Shown: one piece after another, positions 18,541-28,667 of the stretch
Numbering within the stretch: position 1 is the stretch's first letter
How the letters are laid out: each line of letters starts with the position of its first letter
Source: Candidatus Bathyarchaeota archaeon
GTDB lineage: Archaea > Thermoproteota > Bathyarchaeia > Bathyarchaeales > Bathyarchaeaceae
Direction: 5' to 3'
DNA length: 64,000 nt
Assembly: GCA_963806645.1 (NCBI GenBank)
Contig: CAWDYQ010000001.1
Span: 67,583 to 131,582 of the forward strand
Notes under the pieces: model-generated
The model's database searches: none
Told to the model about the DNA's origin: nothing
The model's input: the letters and a program-made list of their open reading frames with translations, nothing else
Program-made: the position numbers and the translations under genes

Positions 18541-19131
18541 ATGGTTTTGAATATTGTTTTTTCAGGAATAGGAGGACAAGGCATCGTTGTTGCTAGCGAC
18601 ATCTTTTGTGAAGCCGCTCTTTTTGATGGTTTGGATGTTGCAAAAGCTGAAGTTCATGGAATGGCTCAGAGAGGTGGATCAATAGTTGCACATGTCAGGG
18701 TTGGCGACAAGGTTCAAGCTCCTTTGATTGAAAAAGGGAAAGCTGATATAATATTAGGTTTTGAAATGCTTGAAGCTGCAAGAGTCTTGCCAATGTTGAG
18801 TAAAAATGGGACAGTTATCATGAACACTAAGTATATTCCACCTAGCACATCTGCTGGTAGCTCATCTGATTTTAATCATGAAAAGATTTTAAGTATAATA
18901 CTAGACAAAACGGGCCAAGTTTATGAAATTGATGGAATTGGCATCGCTAATCGGCTTGGAAATATTTTGGCTGTAAACACAATCCTTCTTGGGGCACTCT
19001 CTGCGATTCCCAAGAACCCAGTAACTAAAGAATCGTTAGAAAAGGCTATCGCAGATAGACTTAAAGAAAAATACGTAGCTCTTAACCTTAAGGCCTTCAA
19101 CATTGGCAGAGAACAGGTAAAGTTGGGTTAA
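18541..19131 (+). CDS. iorB: Indolepyruvate:ferredoxin oxidoreductase beta subunit
   Basis: 196 aa. The POR gamma-like domain starts GIGGQGIVVAS and has HGMAQRGGS. Its start abuts the iorA stop. Confidence 0.9.
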   Translation: MVLNIVFSGIGGQGIVVASDIFCEAALFDGLDVAKAEVHGMAQRGGSIVAHVRVGDKVQAPLIEKGKADIILGFEMLEAARVLPMLSKNGTVIMNTKYIPPSTSAGSSSDFNHEKILSIILDKTGQVYEIDGIGIANRLGNILAVNTILLGALSAIPKNPVTKESLEKAIADRLKEKYVALNLKAFNIGREQVKLG

Positions 19132-19180
19132 TTTTATTAACACTTTGTTTGCAATACTAACGAAGTTAGAGGAAACTAAG

Positions 19181-20572
19181 ATGGTAAACAGTAAATTACT
19201 TGCTGCTGTAGTTATTGCGATTGTAATCGTTGGAGCTGTTGCTGCTTACATATTAATTTCACCACCTGCATCAGATAGAACGACAATCAAAATAGGTCTA
19301 GTTGCACCATACCAAATTCCCGTAGGACAAGACATGGACCGTGCCGCCAGAATGGCCGTTGAGGAAATTAACGCTATGGGCGGGATTTACGTTGAATCTC
19401 TTGACAAGAACCTCACTATTCATTTGGTAACTGGAGACACAGAAAACGCTAATCCAGATGCTGCAGTAAATGAAGTCACACGACTAATTGAACAAGAAGA
19501 TGTTGACCTCCTAATCGGAGGATTCGGAAGCGGAGCTACACTTGCAGGTCAAGTTCCAGCCATAGAAGCTCGTGTTCCTTACATTATAACAGGTGCTTCA
19601 AGTCATCTTGTTACAAGAAGAGGCCCGCAAGCCAATTATGGTGGTCTTCCAGAAGACTCCCCTTTGCGAATAACCGATGCAGAAGGAATGAGTTACATGT
19701 TCCACTATTGTACTACCACCTTTCACTATTCAGAAACAGTTGCCCATTTCTTCGCTGAAGCCATGAAACCACTGCTAGAGACTGAAAAAGGCATTACAAG
19801 GAATCTAAGGTTAGCTGTTCTATATCGTGATGACGCTTTTGGAAAAGGAGTCTGGGATGCAACCAAACACTTCATAGAAACAGACAACTTAGCAATAGAT
19901 ATCGTTGCAGAACAAAGCTATCCTACAACTACAACAACCTTCCAAGCAGAACTAACAAACATTAAAGCTGCTAATCCTGACGCGGTTTATGTTGTAGACT
20001 TTACAGGAAATACTGCCACTATTTACAAACAAGGACAAAACGATGTTGGATTAAACACTCTATACATAGCAGTTGAATGCTGTGAAGAACCAGAGTTTTA
20101 CACCGCACTTAAAGAATGGGGTGACCGTCAACTACTAGAATCAAAATTTGCCTCCTACGCTGGACCTCCATTCTACTTGCCAATGATGGATACATATGTA
20201 GCAGACTATTCTGCAGAGTACGGGCAGGTACCAGGAATGATGGGTGCAGACACATACGACGCGTTCTATATTGCCAAAGATGCCATAGAGAGGGCTGGAA
20301 CATTAGACAAGAGTGACATTAGAGCAGCTATAGAATCATGCAGTCTGGATCAAATGTTAATCATAACTGAGAGCGGAAAAATCGAATTCAGCACCGCAAC
20401 AGAATCATACCATGAGATCGCTCCGTTCACTTTTGTGGAACAACTATTCTACGATGCAACCGTTGGCGAATGCAGACCACAAGTAATCTGGCCTGAAAAG
20501 GCTCCAATCGTTGGCAACATAAAGCAGACAGACTTTGTGCTTCCCGATAACTATGAGCCAGGAAGTCCGTGA
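19181..20572 (+). CDS. livK: ABC transporter substrate-binding protein (LivK/type I periplasmic-binding fold), membrane-anchored
   Basis: N-terminal TM anchor followed by IKIGLVAPY...G, typical of the Leu/Ile/Val-binding family. The ATG at 19181 has GGAGGA upstream. The track ORF begins at 19145. Confidence 0.8.
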   Translation: MVNSKLLAAVVIAIVIVGAVAAYILISPPASDRTTIKIGLVAPYQIPVGQDMDRAARMAVEEINAMGGIYVESLDKNLTIHLVTGDTENANPDAAVNEVTRLIEQEDVDLLIGGFGSGATLAGQVPAIEARVPYIITGASSHLVTRRGPQANYGGLPEDSPLRITDAEGMSYMFHYCTTTFHYSETVAHFFAEAMKPLLETEKGITRNLRLAVLYRDDAFGKGVWDATKHFIETDNLAIDIVAEQSYPTTTTTFQAELTNIKAANPDAVYVVDFTGNTATIYKQGQNDVGLNTLYIAVECCEEPEFYTALKEWGDRQLLESKFASYAGPPFYLPMMDTYVADYSAEYGQVPGMMGADTYDAFYIAKDAIERAGTLDKSDIRAAIESCSLDQMLIITESGKIEFSTATESYHEIAPFTFVEQLFYDATVGECRPQVIWPEKAPIVGNIKQTDFVLPDNYEPGSP

Positions 20573-20706
20573 GAATGACTTTAACAGTCAACATTGAACT
20601 TCCCAACCATCCTTTTTTCTTTTTTAAGATTCTTTGTTTTCCCCTTGAATTATCTTTATAACGGAAATTTTAAGTAGAATATAGCTAAACAACTGTTGAA
20701 AATCAA

Positions 20707-21582
20707 ATGATTGACGCAACAACCCTGCTTCTAACTTTGATATGGGGCGTAGCAATAGGCTGTATATACATTTTGCTTGCAACTGGATTGAATCTGATTT
20801 TTGGTGTAATGAAACTAGTAAATTTTGCCCACGGCGAACTCCTAATGGTAGGTGCATATGTATGCTTCTCAATAAGTAATGCTTTTGGAGTGAATGCCTA
20901 CATAGCATTGTTTTTGTCGATGGGAATAGTTGCATTAATTGGAGTAGCAGTTGAAAGATTAGCTTTCCGCAGGGTTTTGGGAGCAGACAAACTTAACGAG
21001 ATTTTTGTCAGCCTTGGATTGATACTGATCTTTGATAACATCGCAGTCCTGATTTGGGGCGAAAAAATTAAACAAATTACCAGTCCCTTCGAAAACATGA
21101 GTTTACAGTTGGGTGAAGTAGCCATAAACTATGACCGGTTAATAGCCCTCGCTTTTGTTGCTGCTATACTAATTGGGCTAGTATTTCTAATAAAGAAAAC
21201 CAAAATAGGTAGAGCTATGAGAGCAACAAGCCAAAAAAGTCAAGCTGCAATGCTTATGGGAATAAATATTGAACATATTTACATTTTCACTTTTGCGTTA
21301 GGTGCAGCATTAGCTGGAGCCGCAGGCTCACTTTACGGTATAATCTCTCCGTTCACTCCATACATAGGAGCGATACCCACTATCAAAGCGTTTGCAATCA
21401 TAATCTTGGGTGGATTGGGAAGCATACCCGGAGCAATAATCGGCGGCCTTCTATATGGAATCGCAGAACAAACAGCAGTAATATTTCTCGGAGGCATCTG
21501 GAGAGACGCGGTTGCCTTTTCACTTCTAATAATTGTTCTTATTATCAGACCAAAAGGACTCTTTGGAGAGAAGGGTGATTAG
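20707..21582 (+). CDS. livH: Branched-chain amino-acid ABC transporter permease
   Basis: 291 aa and polytopic. LivH-type motifs NLIFGVMKLVNFAHGE and IIGGLGSIPGAIIGG are present. Confidence 0.9.
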   Translation: MIDATTLLLTLIWGVAIGCIYILLATGLNLIFGVMKLVNFAHGELLMVGAYVCFSISNAFGVNAYIALFLSMGIVALIGVAVERLAFRRVLGADKLNEIFVSLGLILIFDNIAVLIWGEKIKQITSPFENMSLQLGEVAINYDRLIALAFVAAILIGLVFLIKKTKIGRAMRATSQKSQAAMLMGINIEHIYIFTFALGAALAGAAGSLYGIISPFTPYIGAIPTIKAFAIIILGGLGSIPGAIIGGLLYGIAEQTAVIFLGGIWRDAVAFSLLIIVLIIRPKGLFGEKGD

Positions 21583-22614
21583 ATGTTCAAGAACGAGTTC
21601 ACGAAGGAAAATATTCTTAAGATTTTTCAGAACACAAAAGGTAGAATAATCCTGATTGCACTTGCAGCTTCTTTGGCTTTCCCAATTTTTGTAAGTGATA
21701 CTTACATTATTCGAATTGTAACGCTTATCGCCATTTTCACAATATACGCTTCAAGTTGGAATCTATTAGCCAGTTCGGGGCAAGGTTCGCTAGGGCACGC
21801 AGCATTCTTAGGTATAGGCGGATTCAGTTCATCATTGCTTGCAATAAACTTAGGTATTCCCCCAATAATCGGAATTTTCATTGGAGCTGTATTCTCTGCC
21901 GTAGTCGGGTTTCTGATAGGTGTCACATGTGTAAGACTCCAAGCTTGGTTCTTAGCTATGGTAACCTTCGGATTTTCTGTTATTGCAGAAACTTTGTTTA
22001 GCCAGTTTGACGACTATACGCATGCTGTTCTTGGTTTCCGAACCCCATTTCTGGTAGGTTCAGGATTACCTTTCTATTACTTTGCAGTTGTAATTAGTGC
22101 CATAACCGTGGCTGTAATTTATCTTATAATGAAGTCAAAAATGGGATTGGCTTTTAGAGCAATACATCAAAACGCAGCTGAGGCAGGTATGATTGGCATA
22201 AACACTGCAAAATACAAACTTTATGCATTTGTTCTGAGTACATTCTTTGCTGGATTAGCAGGTGCAATATATACCCATTTTCTAAGATACATTAGCGTCT
22301 CAGTTTTTGCTGCAGACAACTCATTCCAGCCATTAATGATGTCGGTTATTGGTGGTCTTGGTACTATAGAAGGTCCAATAATTGGCTCAGTAATAATGGT
22401 CTTTATTGACACTCTGCTACCAAACATAGATGGGGCTTTGCAACTCGCTCTAAGTCCACTATTCCCAGCGGTAAGTAATGTAGGACCACCAGTGCGGTTA
22501 CTTGGTCTTGGCATCTTCCTTGTCATAATTGTTGTTTTCCTGCCCAAAGGAGTAACCTCGTTGCTACACAAGATGTATCGTTACTTACGTAAAGAACTAT
22601 TCAGAAGTGATTAA
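21583..22614 (+). CDS. livM: Branched-chain amino-acid ABC transporter permease
   Basis: 343 aa and polytopic. LivM-type motifs GQGSLGHAAFLGIGGF and VIGGLGTIEGPIIGS are present. Its start abuts the livH stop. Confidence 0.9.
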   Translation: MFKNEFTKENILKIFQNTKGRIILIALAASLAFPIFVSDTYIIRIVTLIAIFTIYASSWNLLASSGQGSLGHAAFLGIGGFSSSLLAINLGIPPIIGIFIGAVFSAVVGFLIGVTCVRLQAWFLAMVTFGFSVIAETLFSQFDDYTHAVLGFRTPFLVGSGLPFYYFAVVISAITVAVIYLIMKSKMGLAFRAIHQNAAEAGMIGINTAKYKLYAFVLSTFFAGLAGAIYTHFLRYISVSVFAADNSFQPLMMSVIGGLGTIEGPIIGSVIMVFIDTLLPNIDGALQLALSPLFPAVSNVGPPVRLLGLGIFLVIIVVFLPKGVTSLLHKMYRYLRKELFRSD

Positions 22615-22616
22615 AA

Positions 22617-22985
22617 TTGAAGGGATCCGACCACTTCAGAGTATTATTAGGAATCAAAGTTCTTGAAATAAAAGACGGTTATGCGAAAATGTCGCTGAAA
22701 ATCAGAAAAGAACATATTAACATTGCAGGTTTTACTCATGGAGGCGTGTTGTTTTCTTTGGCTGACTGTGCGTTTGCTGAGGCTGTAAACTTTGGAGATA
22801 AAAAAGCGGTTGCTGTGCAGGTTAGCATCAACTATTTGCGTCCAACTTCAGAAGGAGATGTGTTAATTGCAGAGGCAACAACAGTTTCGGATGGGAAAAC
22901 GTTAGCACTATGCAGCGTAGTAGTCAAAAAGGACGAAAAAGATGTGGCTATTTTCTCTGGTTTAGCATACAAGGTTAGTTCCTAA
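22617..22985 (+). CDS. PaaI/hotdog-fold acyl-CoA thioesterase
   Basis: 122 aa. HGGVLFSLADCAFAEAV matches the PaaI-family active-site helix context. It is the last gene of the liv/paaK/ior string. Confidence 0.75.
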   Translation: MKGSDHFRVLLGIKVLEIKDGYAKMSLKIRKEHINIAGFTHGGVLFSLADCAFAEAVNFGDKKAVAVQVSINYLRPTSEGDVLIAEATTVSDGKTLALCSVVVKKDEKDVAIFSGLAYKVSS

Positions 22986-23065
22986 CAAGTAGGTTTGATA
23001 CTTTTTCTTGTCTTCTCGATGACACAAAAGGCTTAAAATGTTATTTGTTTTCCAGTTAGCTGTAA

Positions 23066-24470
23066 TTGAAGGTGAAGAAAATCAGAACTCTTTCGGTGGC
23101 CAAATTTGGTGGGAGTCTACTAAGTGAAGATGGCAAAAACATTCCTGCTATAGTGGATCGTGTGACTGCGCTTAGGAATAAAGATGATTTAGGTCCAATT
23201 GTCGTTTTTTCTGCACCAAATGGGTTTACCGACAAGCTCATTCAACTAGGTGAATCTTGCACTCAATCAGGACCAATCCCAATAGTGGATATTTTTAACG
23301 TCTACGAGAACTTGGCTAAGAAGTACGTAAACGGAAAGTGGTTGAACCAAGCTGTAACTGAACTGAAAAACTACAAGCGTCAACTTGACGACTCGTTGTT
23401 TTTAGTAAATAAGCGATTTCATGGAACAATTAAAGCAAAAGTTCTGACACATGGTGGAGAATTACCCACATCAGTATTAATGGATTATATAATGAGAAGC
23501 AACGGTCTCGACTCTTGTCATATCCAAAAAGAAAAATGGCCAATTATTACTGACGATAATTTCGAAACTGCAACCCCCAATTTTCAGTTGAGCAAAAACC
23601 AAGCTAAACCGCTTATCGACTCACTTGAATCAGGAAAACTTGTTGTTCTGGGAGGATTTCTTGGAATAACCAATGATGGATTAGAAACATTACTTGGAAG
23701 AGGCGGTTCTGATCTTTCGGCAGTTTTTGTTTCCTGCTTGTTGAGGCGAAAATATAACATTGAAACTCTTCTCTTTAAAGAGATGCCTGTTCAAAGTGCT
23801 GATCCGAGGATGGTTAAGGATCAGGAAACGGAGAATATTGTTTCTCTCACATATAATGAGGCCCATAAAGCGTCTAAGATGGGAATGAAGATTGTTCAAG
23901 GTGATGCAATCTCGATGGCTAAGCAATTCGAGCAAGTCGATAAAAGTTATGCCAATGGTTAATCCAAAAGAATATACTTTGATAGGCTCTGAAAGCGATT
24001 TGACTAAGACCGTAAAATGCGTCACAGGAAAATCTGGCTGTGCGATACTTACAATGGATGATACCCACAGCAGATCTTTTGAGGATGCTTTGAGAATTTG
24101 GGAAAACTGCAATGATTTTCTGGATTTGGGAATTGAAACTCTTGAGACCGGAAAGCGAATCCGGGATTTTCTGTTTCTTGATTCAGATTTTCTTCGAAAG
24201 AATGAAGAGCGCCTCAAAGGTTTTGACGAAGATTTGTCGATAGAATATGGTGTTGGTGTTGTTACCCTTATTGGAGACGGTATGAAGTATTCTTCTGGTG
24301 TTGCGTCAATGGCTATAGGTGCTATTCCACAAATAAACATTAAACGGGGAATCTTTGCGCCGCATACATCCCAAATAATTCTGGTTGTCGATGAAAACAA
24401 AGTTGAAGAAACAGTTGCATCAATTCACGCCAAACGATCCGAAATGAACCAAAGTAAGCATCGTCTCTAA
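23066..24470 (+). pseudogene. Aspartate kinase (amino-acid kinase domain plus ACT domains), reading frame broken
   Basis: ORF 23066..23962 carries the kinase domain (AKFGGSLL ... GRGGSDLSA ... YNEAHKASKMGMKIV). ORF 23892..24470, in the +1 frame, continues with IKVMPMVNPKEYTLIG and two ACT-like units. The junction is at or near the A4 run at 23942-23945. Confidence 0.75.
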
Positions 24471-24487
24471 ACAATAATAAGAATTTG

Positions 24488-25912
24488 TTACTGTTCCAGA
24501 ATCTTTTGAGCGTTTTCGGTAATCAGTTTCCATATGCTTTTAACATGCTCTTCTTTGGTTGTTCTCTGACCTATACAAAAACGAATCACATACTTGCCTT
24601 TGAGTTTAGTCTGGGTTAATAAGGTCTTGCCAGTCTGATTAACGCTTTCAAGTAATCGTCTATTCAACATATCGAGTTTTTGTTCGGACATATTTTTTGG
24701 GTTACACCTAAAGCACACTAAACCAAAATCTACAGGTGCCATAACTTCAAAACTTGGGTCAGCGTCTATCCACTCTTTTAATAGTTGTGCCAATCGAATG
24801 TGCTCCCGAACCATATTCTGAAGCCCTTCAACTCCATATGATCGCAGGACAAACCATAATTTAAGCGCCCTGAACCGCCTTCCTAACTGGATTCCCCAAT
24901 CACGATAATTGTTGACTTTGGCGTCCACACCCGTCTTGAGGTATTCAGGGTGTATTTCGAAGGTTTTTTTGAGAGTTGTTTTATCTTTCACGAAGAACGC
25001 CGAACAATCAAAGTTTGTTAGTAGCCATTTATGGGGATTAAAAACAAATGAATCCGAATATTTTGTTCCCTTCATTATCCATCTCTTTTCAGGCAATATA
25101 GCAGCAGTACCTGCATATGCTGCATCCACATGAAACCAGACATTATGTTTCTTGCAGATAGCTCCAATCTTTTCCAAAGGGTCTACACCGGCAGAAGAGG
25201 TAGTTCCTATAGTACCGCAAACGAAAGTTGGTTTTTTTCCTTCAGCTCTATCTTTGAGAATAGCTTCTTCAAGCTTTTTGGGTTCCATTGCAAACTTTTC
25301 ATCAGCACGAATTAATCTTATGTTTTCATTTCCATAACCAGCAATCTTGGCACCCTTTACAACACTTGAATGAGCTTCCTCTGAACAGTAGATGGTCAAG
25401 GATTCAGTGAAACCTTTGCAATTAATATTGAAGCCTGAAATTTTTTCTCTAGCGGCTATTAATGCAACTAGCGTAGATGTAGATGCAGAATCTTGAATCA
25501 CACCTGCCATACCCTCAGGTAAATCAACCATTTTTCTAAGCCACTCTAACGTCACTTCTTCCAATTCCTCAGCTGCGGGTGAAGTCTTCCAGATCATGCA
25601 CTGTGCTCCCAGCCCGGCTGTTAGTAATTCTCCCAGAATTGAGGGGGGGCTGTTGTTGGCTGGAAAATAGGCAAACCAGCAAGGATGCTGCCAGTGAGTA
25701 ATTCCTGGCAATATGATTTTTTGGAAATCTTTGAAAATATCATCCATGTTCTCTCCTTTTGTTGGTGCATTTTTCGGAAGTTGAGCTTTTATTTCTCCCG
25801 GCTTGATGTCGGGATTCACAGGATATTTTTCTATATTGATCATGAAGTTAGCGATCCAGTCCACCATTTCATGCCCATATTTCCTAAACTGTTCGGGTTC
25901 CATTTCTCGCAT
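24488..25912 (-). CDS. Group II PLP-dependent decarboxylase, aromatic-L-amino-acid/tyrosine decarboxylase type
   Basis: 474 aa. DDC-family motifs are present: HWQHPCWFAYFP, the SFVFNPHKWLLTNFDCSAFFVKD PLP-lysine motif, and DWGIQLGRRFRALKLWFVLR. Confidence 0.9.
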   Translation of the reverse strand: MREMEPEQFRKYGHEMVDWIANFMINIEKYPVNPDIKPGEIKAQLPKNAPTKGENMDDIFKDFQKIILPGITHWQHPCWFAYFPANNSPPSILGELLTAGLGAQCMIWKTSPAAEELEEVTLEWLRKMVDLPEGMAGVIQDSASTSTLVALIAAREKISGFNINCKGFTESLTIYCSEEAHSSVVKGAKIAGYGNENIRLIRADEKFAMEPKKLEEAILKDRAEGKKPTFVCGTIGTTSSAGVDPLEKIGAICKKHNVWFHVDAAYAGTAAILPEKRWIMKGTKYSDSFVFNPHKWLLTNFDCSAFFVKDKTTLKKTFEIHPEYLKTGVDAKVNNYRDWGIQLGRRFRALKLWFVLRSYGVEGLQNMVREHIRLAQLLKEWIDADPSFEVMAPVDFGLVCFRCNPKNMSEQKLDMLNRRLLESVNQTGKTLLTQTKLKGKYVIRFCIGQRTTKEEHVKSIWKLITENAQKILEQ

Positions 25913-26069
25913 CTCGGTGTTCTATGTAACAAACTAAGGAGTCTATTGAATTGGATATCAAATTTTTGTTTGCTTTTTGGTTTTTAGTCCTTTTTCAATG
26001 GGTATAATGTTAATCCTTTTTAGAAAAACCTGATTTATCAGTTATTTCTAAGAGCAGAGAGGGATTATA

Positions 26070-26561
26070 ATGACAGATTTGAGTTTGCAACAAATCGCTG
26101 ATTATTTTAATCGAAGCTACAAAGCTGTGGATGGACTTTGGTTTATGAAAGTTGAAGAGAAATACGGATTTGATTCTGCTCTTGAATTGGATAATGAAGT
26201 CTGGAAAGTGATACCAAAGATTCAAGCTCGAATGATTAAATCATTTTTAGGACTCGAGAATGGTTCAGCTGCTCTTTTAAAGAGTCTTATTACAAAACTT
26301 GAGTTGGAAGGATTCAACTTTACTGTGAAAAAGAAAGATAATGGATTTAGAATAACAATAACTAACTGCCCATGGCATAATTTGATGATCAAAAGTGGAA
26401 GAGAACACCTCGCTAAACTTGTTGGAAAAACTATATGCACCACTGAATACCAAGTCTGGACTTCTGAGATTGAAAAAAATATTGAGTTTAAACTCATATC
26501 GCAGAAATGTGACAAATCAGAACATTGTATACTGGACTTTGAATGGGTGTGTGAAGACTGA
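26070..26561 (+). CDS. Hypothetical cytosolic protein (weakly ATC-hydrolase/DUF-like)
   Basis: 163-aa ORF with good coding character and conserved-looking DGLWFMKVEEKYG and CPWHNLM motifs. The family assignment is uncertain. Confidence 0.45.
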   Translation: MTDLSLQQIADYFNRSYKAVDGLWFMKVEEKYGFDSALELDNEVWKVIPKIQARMIKSFLGLENGSAALLKSLITKLELEGFNFTVKKKDNGFRITITNCPWHNLMIKSGREHLAKLVGKTICTTEYQVWTSEIEKNIEFKLISQKCDKSEHCILDFEWVCED

Positions 26562-26581
26562 ATCCACAAAGCTAAAGGGCT

Positions 26582-28549
26582 TTATTGGTTTGGGCCATTT
26601 TTTCCTCGGTTAGTTATTTTGTTTTTGATATATTTTAACATTCCACCAGAAAGTAGGATATTTTGTTGTCTTTCTGTTAGTTCGTAGTTTACTGCAACAT
26701 CTTTTTTCTTTGTTATGTTTTTTATGATTAAACATTCATTTTTTGATATTGTTTCTCTAATATTAGGGATCTGGAGTTCATCCCCTGAATTTATTATGTC
26801 GTAGTCCGCTTCTGATTTGAAAGTTAAGGGAAGTATTCCAAAATTGATCAAATTTGCGGAATGTATTCTTTCAAAAGATTTTGCAATAACTGCTTTCACA
26901 CCTAAAAACATTGGGCATAATGCCGCGTGTTCTCTTGAAGACCCTTGGCCATAGCTTAACCCGGCTACTATAATGTTATGTTTTCCTTTATCCCTAATTT
27001 CTGATGCTCGTTTAGAAAAGGTTTCATCCACTATTTCGAACACGAACTCGGAATATTTGGGGACATTAGATCTATATTTCATTCTGGCTCCAGCAGGAAT
27101 AATATGGTCAGTAGTGATTTTGTCTCCAACCTTAATAGTAACAAATCCAGAGATATTGTCTGGCATAGGAGGATTAGAGGGCAGTTCTGTAATGTTTGGA
27201 CTCCTTGTTATTTCGACCTTCTGTGGGTTTTCCGATGGCAAAAGGATCATGCTATCATCAGTATAGAATCGTTTTGGAACCTCTACACTGGGATAATCAA
27301 TTCCAATGTCACGTGGGTCAGTCATTTTGCCTGTGATGACCGCTGCGGCAGCCGTTTCGGGGCTAGTCAGAAATATTTCAGCGTTTTTAGTTCCAGAACG
27401 ACCAAAAAAATTCCGGTTAGACGTACGAATTGATACGGCATCTGTTTGAGGTGATTGGCTGTTTCCAATACAGAATCCGCAGACGGGTTCTGTGATTCTG
27501 GCTCCTGTGGAATATAGATCGGCAAGGGTTCCTTCCCTGGCAAGGTGTTCAAGCACCTGTCTGGATCCTGGAGAAATCACAAAACTGACAGAAGGATGAA
27601 CTTTTTTATTTTTTAGAATCTTTGCCACTATTATCAGGTCTTTGTATGAAGAATTTGTACAACTCCCAATGCAAACTTGATTTACTACAGTTCCACTAAG
27701 CTCTTTCACGGTCTTAATATTTCCAGGGCTATGTGGAACAGCTGCTAAAGGAACAATTTCATCTAGATCAATGTCGACAATCTTGTCATATGATGCATCA
27801 AAGTCAGCTTTCACTTCAACCCAATCGTTTTGTCTACCCTGAGCTTTCAGAAACTGTTTTGTAATTTCATCGGATGGAAAAACAGACGTAGTGACCCCAC
27901 ATTCAGCACCCATGTTTGTTATTGTTGCTCGTTCAGGAACAGAAAGCGTTTTTACTCCTTCACCCCCATATTCAAACACCGTCCCGACGTTACCTTTCGT
28001 TCCAAAAACATCTAAAACTTTTAGAACCACATCTTTTGCAGAAACCCAAGGTCTTAGTTTTCCCTTCAAATTTATTTTTACTACCTTTGGACACGAAAGA
28101 TAGAATGGTTCACCAGTCATAGCAACAGCAACATCTAATCCTCCAGCTCCGATGGCGATCATCCCTAATCCGCCTCCAGTTGGCGTGTGGCTATCTGACC
28201 CTAATAACGTCCTTCCGGGTTTTCCAAACCTTTCAAGATGAACTTGATGGCAAATTCCGTTTCCTGCTCTTGAAAGTAGGATGCCATATTTTGCTGCTAT
28301 TGACTGAAGGTATTGATGGTCGTCTGCGTTCTCGAATCCAACTTGGATTGTGTTATGGTCAATGTAACTTACTGAAAGCTCAGTTTTGGTTCTCGGTATT
28401 TTCATAGCCTCAAATTGGAGATAAGCCATGGTTCCGGTTGCGTCCTGTGTTAAAGTCTGATCTATTTTTATCGCAATCTCTTTGTAACCCTCAAATTTTC
28501 CTTCCACTATATGATCTTCAATTATCTTCTGCGTTATGCTTTTGCCCAT
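26582..28549 (-). CDS. Aconitate hydratase, compact ~650-aa type (fused catalytic and swivel domains)
   Basis: 655 aa. It has GSDSHTPTGGGLGMIAIGAGG, the Fe-S ligand Cys contexts CIGSCTNSS and CGFCIGN, and the swivel motif YGQGSSREHAA. Confidence 0.85.
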   Translation of the reverse strand: MGKSITQKIIEDHIVEGKFEGYKEIAIKIDQTLTQDATGTMAYLQFEAMKIPRTKTELSVSYIDHNTIQVGFENADDHQYLQSIAAKYGILLSRAGNGICHQVHLERFGKPGRTLLGSDSHTPTGGGLGMIAIGAGGLDVAVAMTGEPFYLSCPKVVKINLKGKLRPWVSAKDVVLKVLDVFGTKGNVGTVFEYGGEGVKTLSVPERATITNMGAECGVTTSVFPSDEITKQFLKAQGRQNDWVEVKADFDASYDKIVDIDLDEIVPLAAVPHSPGNIKTVKELSGTVVNQVCIGSCTNSSYKDLIIVAKILKNKKVHPSVSFVISPGSRQVLEHLAREGTLADLYSTGARITEPVCGFCIGNSQSPQTDAVSIRTSNRNFFGRSGTKNAEIFLTSPETAAAAVITGKMTDPRDIGIDYPSVEVPKRFYTDDSMILLPSENPQKVEITRSPNITELPSNPPMPDNISGFVTIKVGDKITTDHIIPAGARMKYRSNVPKYSEFVFEIVDETFSKRASEIRDKGKHNIIVAGLSYGQGSSREHAALCPMFLGVKAVIAKSFERIHSANLINFGILPLTFKSEADYDIINSGDELQIPNIRETISKNECLIIKNITKKKDVAVNYELTERQQNILLSGGMLKYIKNKITNRGKNGPNQ

Positions 28550-28667
28550 ACGCGTTTTCTCCTGCCAACCTCTGTTAATTGTCGTGCTTTTTATTTTATC
28601 TTATTTCCGTAAAAATCAATCGAGTTTGTTATCCCCGAGTAGCTTATGAAGAATCTTCTTATTTTTT

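Noticed and set aside
23690-24400. 236-aa minus-strand ORF
   Set aside because: It is antisense to the aspartokinase ACT-domain region and is Ser/Arg/Ile-rich with no motifs. The other track ORFs nested antisense inside the called genes (for example 16100..16477, 17707..18003, 46531..46857, 56201..56569) were rejected for the same reason.
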